From Oikopleura dioica (Eukaryota > Animalia > Chordata): a DNA stretch of 64,000 nt. Positions 50,147 through 62,711 of this stretch are shown here, piece by piece; the stretch's first letter is position 1, and each line of letters opens with the position of its first letter. The notes under the pieces are model-generated. The model saw nothing but the letters and a program-made list of their open reading frames with translations. It had not been told where the DNA came from and searched no databases. The translations under genes and the position numbers were made by a program. The DNA lies in NCBI GenBank assembly GCA_907165135.1, contig OU015567.1, positions 5,332,001-5,396,000 on the forward strand, given 5' to 3'.

Positions 50147-53100
50147 TTACATGAAGTACTCTTTCTTGAACTTGGATTCTAGTTCATGGTCTTTCAGACT
50201 TGATACAGTTTCATCGTAAGTTGTGATGTCTGTTCCACAGCTTTCCGATTTCCGACTAGAAAATTGAGGTTTCGGCGAAGAAGGAAGAAAAGCTGGACTT
50301 ACTGTAGCCTCCTTTTAACAAGAATACCACCAATCAGAATCGTCAGTAAAAACGCTATCGTAACACATGCAATCGCCACATTCGAAGCCGCCCTCAGTCC
50401 TTTCTGTTCTTCCGCTAATTCTGCCGATCGCGTGGAATTCCCTCCATTTGCAACTCCGGCCAAACTAAATAACAAAAATCAATCATCATCGATAATTTTA
50501 ACAAGCCCTCGCTTCTTTTGGATGTGGAAGGGGAAAATTAAACGGAGGAAGTGATAACGGCTGGTTATTTGAAAGGGCGCGCGCGCTGTAATTTCTTGTG
50601 CCGCTATCAACGCGCTCGGTGAAGAGCTACCTGTAATTACAGTTCTTGCAATTTTTTTCAACAATTTTATTTTCCAAGAAATAATTTCTCATTCATATTT
50701 TTAATTTAGTCTCACTGTATTAAAACTAATTTTTATGGTGGATGCAATTTTGAGCATTTTGATTGGCTTATTCTCATTTTTAAGCATTTTTATTGGTCAA
50801 AAAATAATCTTTCAAACTCTTATTTTCGATCTTTTTATCAACATGATGAGCTTACTTTTGATAGGGTGAAATTGTGGTCTGAATATCTTTCGTAAAAGGC
50901 GCTTGATCGGACTGCATGGCGACAGTAGTTTCTCTCCTCGCATAGGTATGTGGCAGTGTAGTTGGAGCGGGAGAAACTTGAAGCTCGACAGCTTCGGAAA
51001 TTGTCGATCCAAGGTTGTTGGAGACTTTGCAGCGGAGGAGCTTTCCAGAGTCCGCGAGAGACAATGAGTAGTTTGACGGTCTTAAGGGTGTCATCAAGGA
51101 ATGATGGGGAGGGTAAGGCTTACCTTATTTCCCTCTGTGGGGATTGAAGATCGTCTTGAATCAAATAAGTAATAGTTTCGGGGAGCGGGCGACCATTGAA
51201 AACACATTTAGCCGATAGCGACTCCTGTCCGTCCTGGAGCGGATAAGCCAGGTTGATCGAGGCCGAGTTGGGCGCGTAGTTTATCTTGAGTGGATTCGTC
51301 GATTCCTGAATCGTCCTTCCTCCATGATTTACTTCGCAGCGGATCACTTCTCCGTCCAAATCCGCGCTCGCTCGGACCGAGACGGTCGAAGAGCACTTCG
51401 TCTTTGCCGAATCGCAGCTTTGACTGAACAAAAATCATTAACTAAAAGGTTAAGCGTAATTGCTTTTTTAAGAATTAATCGCTTGTCGTCATTGCGAAAA
51501 AAAGCGCTCTCAACTAATTATATCCTAATTCGGTAATCCTCAAGAGTGCAAACAACTGAAATGGTGATCCGCGTAATTTATGTTTCGATCGTCCGAAAAC
51601 ACTTGAATAAGAGGAAATTGCGGGCACGAGCAATAATTTCCTCAAAAAGAGGGGACTTTTGGAAAAAAATGGGCCGGGAATGATCGGTAATGAATTTTGA
51701 GGCGGCAGAATAAATAAACAAAAAAGCTGATTTTTGAATAAAAGCCAAAAATAACCGGTTCTTTTCGTGGAAAATAGACAGATTTGATTCCGAACAAACT
51801 GTTCTAAAGTGAATTGAATCGATGATACTTCAGGAGAAAGCCACTTGTCCCGATTTATTCTCCGAAGAAAAGACAGATATTATTTATACCCCGCTTTTGT
51901 TTCGTCTCGATTTGCGTTTTCAGAGCATTACTTTTTCAGCTCACCTGACATTGTCTTTCTTCCGCGACGCACTGTAACGTCGACCCAAACTGTCAATCCA
52001 GGAGAACGAAACTGCTTTCAAAAGGGATATCCAATATTTTTTTTTATATTCAAGAAATCAAGAATTAGGGGTTTCAAGTCACTAAAATGAAAAGCCGCGT
52101 AGCGGCTTTTTTTAAAACGAAGCCGCAAAGCGGCTTCGCCAAAAATATAATATTCATCTATTCTTTGATAACCCTGAGTCAGGGTCCCCCTGACACAGGT
52201 TGCTAAAGCTAGAAAACTTTTCAATCCGTTCCTGGAACACCACCATTAGCAGAGCACGTGACTTGTATCAGCTCGTCGACGTCTAAAACGTCCTGATTTA
52301 CAGTCAATGTCATCTTTGGCGCTTTGTATGGGAGGATTTGGACTGGACGAGGACCATCTTCGCGCTCATCGCCGCAGTTGATTCTAGTGCTGTTTTCGGC
52401 GCGAAAATTCGTGAGTCGGAGGGATAATTGAAGCGTTTCTAGTTCATGGTTCTTTTTTGAAAACGAAGCGAGAAGAAAAAGAAGCGAGAATCCGCTTGCG
52501 GCTTCGAGTCAAAGAAATCTAGCTGCGCTTTGCGCGGCTCTTTTGTTGAAAACCCGAAGCCGCAAGCGGCTTCTCGATTCGATTCGAAAAACCGGAAGTA
52601 ACAATGACCTGTTTTAGGGGGCTCTCTTGAATAAACTGTTTATATTGTATAAGTATTGCTCTTTGTAAGTGAAAAAACGGAGAATATTCTAGCTCGAGAC
52701 TTGAGCTGGAATGCCGTCCGGAATTGTGAATTGAAGAGGCGAGCTGGCGGCGGAATGCGCCTGGGAAGCTCGAACTGACCGTCTTGGGAATGCTGCACTT
52801 GTAAAAAGGCGGAAATACGCACTTGTATAAAAGGGCCTGAAAACGCTTTTTTATTATTAAATTTTTGACGTCATTCTTTTTTCTTTCAAATTAAAGACCT
52901 TCCGTCAGCCTCGATATTGAAAGGTTGAATAAATCCCGTCATTCAGTCCACTTATACTGACAAAAAGTAGACAGCAAAACTTAGTTTGTACTTGAGTAGG
53001 TGAGTTTGTCTAATTTATGAATGGAAAATGCAATTGGACCTGTCAGAAACACTCAAATTAGGAAAGTCCAAAACTAAGCCCTCTTTACTCTGTATTTAAA

Positions 53101-56100
53101 AGTTTTAACAGCCGCATATTTTGTTTCAGCTGTTCGCCGATTCACTAAAATTGCTCTTTTCAGAAACTTAAGGGTGTCAACAACGATCTTTTTTTTCGGG
53201 AAAATCGCTCTTGACACCCTTAATTTCTGCCCTTTGAATTTCCTTTTTGGAAAACTTAAGGGTATGAACAACGATCTACTTTCCATGAAAATCGTTCTTG
53301 ACACCCTTAATTCTCTCTTAAGAATCGTATTTTTGGGAGTTTTAAGGGTGTCAACAACGATTTTCTAATTTTAAGAAATTCGCTGTTGACACCCTTAATT
53401 CTGTTTAAGAATAGATATTTTCAGAGACTTAAGGAGGGGGTCGACGAGAATCGGAATTTCCGTGACCAAAAATGCGGAGAAACCGGCCTCGATAGTAAAA
53501 CTTTGATATTTCGGGTGGTTAGATAAGCGTTTGAAAAATCAGGCGGCGTGAAGAGAAAAAAAATTTTCATTCAAAAAATTCACGAAAAATTGGGTCAAAG
53601 TAGGTGTGTCTCTTGACCAAAAAATCTCGAAACCCGCTTTTTGTTTTCGCGATAAAATTTATTTACCTGGTTGTTTAGACCCTTTAGAATCAGGCGGCGA
53701 CGAGATGATGGAATTCTATATACAGAAAATATGTCAGAGGGACGATTGAAAAAGTAAGAGAAGCTCGCGCGGCGCGCTCTCGACGCTATTTTTCTCATTT
53801 TTCGCTTGGCGCGGGCCATTTTTCCGCCTCGCGCGCCCGAGTTCCCAATCTTTGAGTGAAATTTTTCTATTTTTGACTACAGCTAATCGAAAAAAGCTGG
53901 AGACCAAAATTTCTTGTTTTCGATCGAGGAACTCAAAAATGTTATCAGAATTTTGAAAAGTCGAAAATTTTTTTCTCGTCGACCCCCTCCTTAAGGGACC
54001 TGGGCGAGCAGCGCTGAGCCAAACTTCTCGCGCTCGCCGTTCTTGCTAGAAATAAGATTTTTTGAAATTTCTTTTTGTAAATTATATCTCCTAATCTTCA
54101 GCTTTCTGTTCCCATTCTTAGTTTTTCTCTATCATTCTTGGTTGATGAGCTAGCGAGAAAAAGAGAAGCCCAACTTCAAAAGGCATCAAGTCTTGCAAAC
54201 TTTATTTTTTCTTCATGAAACTAGTATCATTGAAAAGCGCGTTAAATTCTGAGCAGATCCCACCCAATCAGCTAAACTAAATCGGTACTCATTGGCGTGT
54301 AAGGCCAAATAAAGAAAACTACTTAGCGCGCGCAGCTGGTCGCGGCTCGGCTGGACGCTCCGACTAAAGCTATTTTGGGCTTCCTGGACATGATTCCCGC
54401 TGGGCGGGCGTTAAGTTATCTTGTTTATCTGGCCTTAGACGCTAATGAGTACCGATTTACTTTAGCTGATTGGGTGGGATCTGTTCAGAATTTAACGCGC
54501 TTTTCAATGATGCTAGTTTCATGAAGAAAAAATAAAGTTTGCAAGACTTGATGCCTTTTGAAGTTTCGCTTCTCTTTTTCTCGCTAGCTCATCAAACAAG
54601 AATGATAGAGAAAAACTAAGAATGGGAACAGAAAGCTGAAGATTAGGAGATATAATTTAGAAAGAGAAATTTCAAAAAATCTTATTTCTAACAAGAACGG
54701 CGAGCACGTGAAGTTTGGCTCAGCGCTGCTCGCCCAGGTCCCTTAAGGGTGTCAAAAACGATTTTCTCATTTTGAGGAAATCCCTCTTGACACCCTTAAT
54801 CATGTTTATTCCAGTTTAAATTGGCCTTGCTTTTCAATTTCGCTGAGCTGGCTAATTATTGAGTTGCTTAATATTTTAGCAGCGGCCTAAAATCATTTTT
54901 CTCAAGGTTGATTTGAGAGGCTTTTTGTGTCAGCATTTGGTGACATTTCCGTCAATTACTCTGAGAATAATTGAAAACGGGGTCTCGCTCTTCTGAATTC
55001 TCAAAAGCAAAATTAACAGGTGTGCTTAAAAGGAGCGATTATACAGTAAGAAAAAAGGGCCTTGTTTATATAATTTAGATATTCTTTTCTAAACAGAGCA
55101 TTGTTCCACTCGTGGTTCTTTTTAAGGGTGCTGATGATTTATAACGCTCAATTTAATTATTAAAAATGGCTGAGGAGATAAAGAAAACTCCAATAAAACT
55201 TGTATAAGAGCTGATTTTACTGTATTACGGTAGAAAAAAGAAACCATGTTCCTGAAAGCGAGGAAAAACTGTCGACTAACCAGCTTCCTTGGATTTTTTG
55301 AGGTTCTTCGTTCCGGACCATGACGAAAGTGTACCCACTGGAATCGCTGATTCTTAGCATCCTGAAATTTTGAGTTATTGATTGTAGATTCGGCGAAATT
55401 TGGAAGTGTTTCAAAAAAAAGTGAAATTTGCGCGGCGCAGTTAGGTGCTCAGCGCTAATCGCGGCGGGACATTATCACAACTGCGATAATTGCCGACGGG
55501 AGGTGATTTGACAAAGAGAGGCCAGTACGGGGCTTCGAGGGTGAAATTATTTTTCGAGTACCGGACTAAGCCACTCGATCCGAATCAGCTGATTTTGAGC
55601 CTTTTTACAGGCAAGGTTATTTTTTAGAACAGAAATCAGAAAAAGCCAAAACTTTAGTCAGCTTCAAATTCAGTCAAAAAATCAGAAAAAAGGCTGTATA
55701 AAGGATAAACACGGTTTAACTTCGGAAATTATTCTATTTATTATCATTTTGGTTTTTTGTAGAGTTGAGATTATTTTGTATGGTCTGCGTTGGTTTGGAT
55801 TTGCGTAAACATGTGCCACTGAAGTGGTCAGTTTCCAGACAACCACTCAAATCAACAATTATTCAAATCGCCTTCTTTGAATTTTACCGAGAGTAAAATT
55901 GCTGCTTTTCCAATTGCCCTTATTTTGACGCAAAAATACTTCTGGCCTGGGCGATTAGGCTAATGAAAACTTAGAATGGCATAAAATCTGGGAAAAATAG
56001 CTGTCTGTTTATTTTGCGTACTAAAGGCCATCTGTGATAATCTGGCCATTGTTAAAGCCCCGTCACGTGAAGGGAGTCCGTGAGAGTTCCGGCCTGTCAC

Positions 56101-58096
56101 TGGGGCGGAAAATTCTTCAACCTATTTTTCATTTTTGGAAGTTTATTGTTTTCAGGTGTAATTTGCGAAATCGAAAAATTAAGATTTTCTGAAAAAAAAG
56201 ATGCATGAACATTTTTTCGATTGGCGTGACATTTGTAAAACGTCGGTTGACAAGATGATTTCCGCCGCATTTTGGTGGGAGCAGGAGCTCGATCTCGCCA
56301 CTTTTACAAACCCGATTACCCCTCTAAGATCATCACGTGGGCCAAGAAATCTTATATTTATTTCACATGCACACTACCGCAAAAGCCGAAACTAACCGCT
56401 CTTTGGACTGAATTAAAGCAGTATTTTGAAACTGGGGTCCTTCTTGATTTTCTTCAAAAAAAAATTTTTTTTCCAGCATGAAAATTTTGGATTTTTTTGG
56501 TTATTCAAAATAAACCCCCACCATATTTGTTTGCTCCCAATCCAACACACCGGTCTTTGATGAATATTCACGGGCCCCGTCACCTGCATAATACAGAAAA
56601 ACTCCAACACGCTCCAGATGGCCTCGATTTCTCCAAAATTCGAATCCAATTTTTAACGCGAATCTCGCGAATGTTCATTTGGTCGCGAAAAATATTATGA
56701 CAAGATTTCCCGTGCTCGATTTAATCCTCTCACGACGGGTGTATATTTTTAAAACATCCATATTTTTTTTGAAATTCAGCCGCATCAAGTCGAAATTTCA
56801 AGTTATCAAAAAATAATATTTCCTTATTTGATTGTAATTAATGAAATGATCCGTAACAACCATTTACACTGAGCTTTGAGGATCTGAGTCTGAGGTTAAT
56901 TCTCGAGTCGTTGTGATGGCTAATCCGCCGGATCATGTCGGAGCGGTTCCCTTTCGCGGCGCGATTAACTCCCCGATTCAGCCAGGCTCAGCTCACCATC
57001 TTCTGACAAAACGATCCGCGCCCAACTCAATTTTCACAGCAGCTGTGTTAAATCCTTTTTCAATCTTTATTGACTCATCTTTTACAAATTTACCTGTGAA
57101 TATTTAAAATCAGCTCAATTATATTATTAATTTAACGCTGATTGTTTTGATGATTTCAATGTTACTAATTGTTGAGTGAGCAATAAATCGCAGATTGAGG
57201 AGCAATAGTCGTAATTGTGTCCTTGCCCTTCGGAAAGAGAAAGAAGAAAGCGCAATCGCGGCAGATTGGCCCTCGCTCATTAATCAAAGTGCAAGTAAAA
57301 GTAACATCGCTCACTCTCTCTCTCTCTTTCTCGAAAAAGTAATTTGAGAGCATAATTTAAATTATGCAGGGCCATCATGCCAAATGGCCGAGATGGGCAC
57401 CTTCCTGTCGTCAAACCGAGCTAATTTTTCTTCTCTTCATATTTTCACTCCCACGAGTCCTTATTACATAATCTTACCTATTAAACTTCACTTTTTTCTT
57501 GGCCTACCCTACTATTGGCGCTTGTTCACCTATTTTTTGGACAAAGAAATGAATAAGAGAATCATTGAATTGGGAGTCCACGTTGGGATATTTTTCGGCT
57601 TAGAAACCTGAGTCAGGATTCAAGAGGAACATTTAAGTTTTTCTGGAACCCTGACTCAGGTTTTTAGACAAATTGGTTATCATTTAACGCTTTCTTTCGC
57701 GAAAACAGGGTCAATCTAATTTCAACTCCCTGATTAATTAATCCATTCTTGACCCCCGTTTTTACGCTCAAGGAAGCGCCAAGGAAGCTAGAATTTCCCG
57801 GCGCCCAGGAAATCAAAATAAATAAATGCATAAGCGCATATCTGCTCTTGACAAATTGATGGTCAATCAAAACAAGCCGCGCTCAAATAAAAATCCAAAC
57901 TTCAAATATTTACGCGACATCTGCTTGTCAGCCCGGTCTAAAGGATGAGCACCCGCACTTACCTTGAATTTGGCTTGGAACGACAAGTGTAAACATAATC
58001 GTCGCCAATGGCGATGTATTCTTTTCGCATTGCCGAGCTGCCAGCGCTGACAATTGACAGTAAGAAGAAACTCGTCAATATACTGTAATTCTTCAT
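50147..58096 (-). CDS. CADM/SynCAM (nectin-like) immunoglobulin cell-adhesion protein
   Basis: Signal exon MKNYSILTSFFLLSIVSA at 58096; Ig exons QVTCSANG, DLDGEVIRCEVNH, AKCVFNGRPLPE and DSGKLLRCKVSNNLG; TM VAIACVTIAFLLTILIGGILV; tail ends KKEYFM*. Exons between 52450 and 57960 are uncertain. Confidence 0.72.
53168..53428. repeat. Tandem ~87-bp units each containing a 47-49-bp hairpin GGGTGTCAA...TTGACACCC between TTAA sites
   Basis: Hairpins start at 53172, 53260 and 53346; the fourth is displaced to 54747-54795. Confidence 0.8.
53433..53990. mobile_element. Kolobok-like MITE (558 bp)
   Basis: TTAA|GGAGGGGGTCGACGAGAA...TTCTCGTCGACCCCCTCC|TTAA. Confidence 0.8.
53995..54742. mobile_element. 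Kolobok-like long-hairpin MITE (748 bp)
   Basis: TTAA|GGGACCTGGGCGAGCAGCGCTGAGCC...GGCTCAGCGCTGCTCGCCCAGGTCCC|TTAA; near-perfect arms of ~320 bp. Confidence 0.88.
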
Positions 58097-59250
58097 TTTT
58101 CTTTGTTTTTTTCTTCGTTTTTTTCGGTTCAGCAGGCTCTCTATTTCAAATTCATCATTTTCTCTTTCTTTTTAAAAGGTTTTTTGATGTACAAAAAGTC
58201 AATTAATTCGTTAAAAGAGACGAAAAAAGACAAAAATAGTGATTTTCTCCAGCTTCGATATATTCGGCGCGCGCCACCAAAACTCCGCCGCAGCGCAAAA
58301 TCCGCGCTTATCGACTCTTTTGCGCCCTCCCGAAGGAAAGCGCGGAGATATTGAGGGATAGTTTGGAGATGTTGGGGGTTTTTATGCATTTTGATTGTCG
58401 AATGCGTAATTATTTGGAAATGGAATAAACTTCAAGCGGATTAATTTACGATTATGATTATTCTTCGGCTCAATTTTGTTTTTTTTTTCTCAAAAAAATC
58501 TTTTTTATAAAATTTTATTTTTTCGTTAAAAAATAATTAAGTTTTTTTATGAAAATATATTTTTTTATATGGTTGTTTTTGTTTATTGAAGCAAGATCTT
58601 TCGAGCTTTTACGCTCATCATCAGGCTACAGTAAAATGAGGGATCAGAAAGAAGGAATAGATGTTACCTGAAACGATCAACTGGATCGAATGAGGAAAGA
58701 GGAAGAGAGAAAAAACAGTAGCACGAGGGCGTAGGTTGCATTTCTCGAGAAATACCATATTCAAACCGTCAACCACAAATTATATTTTTTTTATTTCATT
58801 TAAGCCGAAATTTGTTATTTTTTTATTAATTTACAGTAAATAAAAATTTGATATTTTAAAATAAAAAATCAAAAAAAAAAAAATATTTGTGAAAAACATA
58901 ATTTCACTTTGCAATTAGATTTTTCTAATTTCTAAAGTCGTGAAAAAGCAATTGGTTTTCCAATTTTTCAATTTTCGAAAAGATTTTTTGGCCGGCCGAT
59001 CTCTTGGGGGAACTTTGTTCTTGTTGTGTCAACTTAAATAATTGATATTTTAACACGAGAGAAACATGCTAATTAGAGGGGCCAGAGTCGAAGGGGATTT
59101 TTTCAAAGCTCGAAACAGAAACAGTGTTTTTTGGCCTTGGACTTGAAGGTTCAATTTCACTTCTCTAGTTGACAAGCGACTTTTCGTCGGCTCTGAATTA
59201 TTCGTTGATTTATCCCTGAATGCGCGAAAGTTCGAATCTGAGCTCGAGAC

Positions 59251-59405
59251 CCTGAGTCAGGGTTTCAAAGAGCTTGAATGACAAGCCAAAACTTTTTATT
59301 TCGGCGAAGCCATGTTGCGGCTAATTTTTCAAAAAAAGCCGCAACGCGGCTTTTCATTCAAGCTCTTTGAAACCCTGACTCAGGTTTTGGACACAGGTTT
59401 TCGAG
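59251..59405. mobile_element. Representative of an abundant short hAT-like MITE family with a CCTGAGTCAGG terminal core
   Basis: CCTGAGTCAGGGTTTCAAAGAGCTTGAATGA...TCATTCAAGCTCTTTGAAACCCTGACTCAGG with inner AAGCCGC-nnn-GCGGCTT hairpins. Other paired copies at ~7511-7570, 24935-25025, 33625-33730, 37277-37399, 57600-57665, 61860-62020 and 62455-62670. Confidence 0.8.
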
Positions 59406-60052
59406 CCAAAATTCGAATTTTTCTTTGTTTATTTTCGTTTTTAAAAGGATCAGAAGGAGAGAGAAGCATCTCCCTTTTTGCTCGTTTTTTTTTCTAGTTT
59501 TGTTTATCATCAAACGAGTGTCGCCCGAGTTGAAGCTCTTGAAATTTTGGAGGCGGCGGATTTGATTTTACGAAACTGCTCTCCTCCGCGATTCTAGGGC
59601 GGAGAAGTGAATCTTGCCAAACCGCAACTGGATTTCGCGGTTCGATTTCGTGACATGTCCCCAAATCCAGGGACATACATCCTCGGCAGGTAAATTGATG
59701 AAGATGGAATAATAATGAAATTGAAAAACGGTCGACAGGAGCCTGTCGGAAAACCTTAGTCAGGATTTCAAAAATACTGAATAAAAAGGCGCACAGCGGC
59801 TTTCATCTAAAAAAAGCCGCGAAGCGGCTTCAAAAATTGGTATAAATAATATCAAAAATTTTTGTTTATCTTTGTTTTTGAGGCTGATTTATAGCAGTGA
59901 GATCCTTTTTTATCAATTTGATTGCAAAAATAAGGGTGTCAACTGCATAAAATCATTCGAGAAAAATCAATTCTTCTCCCAGAATACCCTCATAGAACCC
60001 AGAATACATTCAAAGAGTAGAGCTCCTAAGAATGCCTCGAGGGCTGATTTAA

Positions 60053-60812
60053 GGGTAATCCTATACATCAGCGCGGCGCTGCTCGCTCGATTCGCGCTCC
60101 GCGAGAACCTATTTTTCACAAGGCCATAACATCCGAACGGAGTAAGATTTTTTCAAAATTCAAAAAGATTCTGAATGTTGAAAGTCTCTTCTATTTTTCT
60201 AGCAAAAATGAAAAAAATCGGCAACCAAGAACCATATGAAAACTGCCGGTTTCCTTCAAAAGACATTTCCCGCCACATTTCTCATCCAAATTTCACGAAA
60301 ATCAGATGTTCTTGTAGAGAATCGTCTGCTCTACAATTCCTGTTTCTTAGATTTTCTTTTTGCGCTCTCAAAAATTCTCTATGATAGTTTGAAGAGAGCG
60401 CTTTTCTTCTCTGCGCGAGCGCGCCGTGAGAAATAGGAAGGAGAGAGGCGCGAGGAAGAATAGCACCCTTTTTAAATGACAATGTAAATTTATTGAGAGC
60501 GCAAAAAGAAAATCTAAGAAACAGGAATTGTAGAGCAAACGATTCTCTACAAGACCATCTGATTTTCGTGAAATTTGGATGAGAAATGTGGCGGGAAATG
60601 TCTTTTGAAGGAAACCGGCAGTTTTCATATGGTTCTTGGTTGCCGATTTTTTTCATTTTTGCTAGAAAAATAGAAGAGACTTTCAACATTCAGAATCTTT
60701 TTGAATTTTGAAAAAATCTCACTCCGTTCGGATGTTATGGCCTTGTGAAAAAATAGGTTCTAGCGGAGCGGCAATCGAGCGAGCAGCGCCGCACCGATGT
60801 ATAGGATTACCC
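60053..60812. mobile_element. Kolobok-like long-hairpin MITE (760 bp)
   Basis: TTAA|GGGTAATCCTATACATC...GATGTATAGGATTACCC|TTAA; arms of ~330 bp, which explain the near-identical ORFs on both strands in the ORF track. Confidence 0.88.
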
Positions 60813-60947
60813 TTAAGAGTAAGTTCGCACTTGAGATTGATTAATTCTGCTCTGGCCTGATCCCGATAAGCTCTTGGAAGGGTCATCCAGAATTCAATGA
60901 ACAAAACCACTTTGAACAATATACAGTTTACTTCCCACTGTAGTTAA

Positions 60948-61471
60948 CCTTACCCCGCCAAATCGTCATCTTATCCTTACCCGCCAAAAACACCTCAGGA
61001 GGTGCATCGGCCCTTCAAGGGGGTTATTAATTAGTATAAATATGACATAAAATCACATATTGATACAGAAATATATTTAATACTTGAAAAAACTACGTTA
61101 GGTCATATGATATTAAAAAATCATGCGTATTATATGTTAGGAGCATATTTAGTTGACTGCAAATTTCTAGTGAGTGGGGAAGAGATTTTCTTTTTTCGGC
61201 GGAAAATCACTTGCCTACCCGCCAAAAACACCTCAGGAGGTGCATCCGTAATTTTAGCTATGCACCTCAGGAGGTGCATGCAGTAATTTTCAAAATAGGC
61301 CGATTTCCGAACTCTAACCCTAACCGAGAATGCTCAAAGGGTGACCAAGAGAAAGCTTATCGATAAAGAGCTCTACAGTTTTTTTATTTTTCCAAAAATC
61401 AAAGTCCTTCTGGGTTAAAAGTTAATTTTTCGACCTCTGTGTCTGAGGAGGTGTACCCTGGCGGGGTAAGG
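60948..61471. mobile_element. piggyBac-like MITE (524 bp)
   Basis: TTAA|CCTTACCCCGCCA...TGGCGGGGTAAGG|TTAA; internal CACCTCAGGAGGTG three times plus a degenerate copy. Confidence 0.8.
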
Positions 61472-62711
61472 TTAATCAATAAATCTATGAAAAAAAAAGA
61501 CTTCCATGACAAATTTGAAATTTATCTTTTTGATATTGATCACGTGGGAGGCCGGAAGTGACCGAAAAGTGCCAAGAAAGATAATCGATAATTTTTGGTT
61601 GTCGAAAAGTCCGATTTTCCGACCCGGTAATTGGGCCCAGGCCAGATTGTTGTCGAATTGGCTTTACATCAGTGGGCAGATGATTTTATCACGGATTGAG
61701 ATAGATGTGCTTATTGGAGAGTATAGCGAAAACCTAAGGCCTTAGGGATTCTTTTTCTTTTATTCATGAGAACAGATCTTGAAAAAATGATTGTTTGCCC
61801 AAAGATAGACTGCTTTTAACTATTTTCTCAATACAAAAAATGACTGTTTTCTTTGATGACAGGGCTCAAAAACCTGTGTGGAAAACCTGAGTCAGGGTTT
61901 GAAAAACAAAAATTTTCAATAAAATAAGATGAAAAACTTTGCAAAGCCGCAGCGCGGCTTTATTTTTGGAAAAGCCGCGAAGCGGCTTTCTATTTTTCAA
62001 ATCCTGACTCAGGTTTTCTTCAAAGTTTGTTAAACAAAAATTGATAACGATTGAAGAAACCAACCCTTTCTTCTTACTTTTGTGGCTTTAGAACAAAGTA
62101 AATATTTAAATTGAGCTTCGCACACAACAAAATAACATGATTCACGACAGACTGATCACAGGAGAGGAGACTTGGCAGAGTTCCGCGTTATAGAGTCGCA
62201 GGCAGATCAAAGCGCCCGCCGCCACCACTGGCACTGGGTTGACTTTTAACGAGCTCGGCTTTCCTTTCTCGTGGGTACTTCTTTTTCTCCCTCTGCGGTT
62301 TCCACCCTGCTGGCACTTTTTAGTGACTTGGTGGAAGCTCGTGTCAAGTTCTTACAAGCCGTTTGAGGGGCGAAAGCGGAAACACGTGACTTTCAAAAAG
62401 CTGTTCTAAAAAGTATATCTTTTCTTTTTTAGGCTTTATTTTGGTCCTAAATAACCTGTGCTGAATACCTGAGTGAGGTTCCGAAGGGCTAGAATGAAAA
62501 GCCGCGGAGCGGCTTTTTCAAAAACGAAGCTGCGTAGCGGCTTCGGAATATCATCATTTCCGTTAAAATAAAACTACTTGAGAAGCCGCTTTGCGGCTTC
62601 TTTTTTAAAAAAGCCGCTTCGCGGCTTTTCATTTAAGCCTTTCTGAACTTGACTCAGGTATTCTATACACTGTATAGTATACAGCTTTCCGAGCCCAGAT
62701 ATCAGAAAGGG

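Noticed and set aside
53168-53428. CRISPR-like look: palindromic repeats separated by 30-32-nt spacers
   Set aside because: Spacers 2 and 3 are related to each other, the repeats are degenerate, there are no cas genes and the context is a eukaryotic intron. It is a tandem repeat.
59494-59676. 60-aa minus-strand ORF between MITEs
   Set aside because: No motif, no clear splice partners and no polyA signal.
60175-60689. Near-identical ORFs on both strands (MLKVSSIFLAK..., MKTAGFLQK...)
   Set aside because: They are a by-product of the 760-bp palindromic MITE and have no protein-like features.
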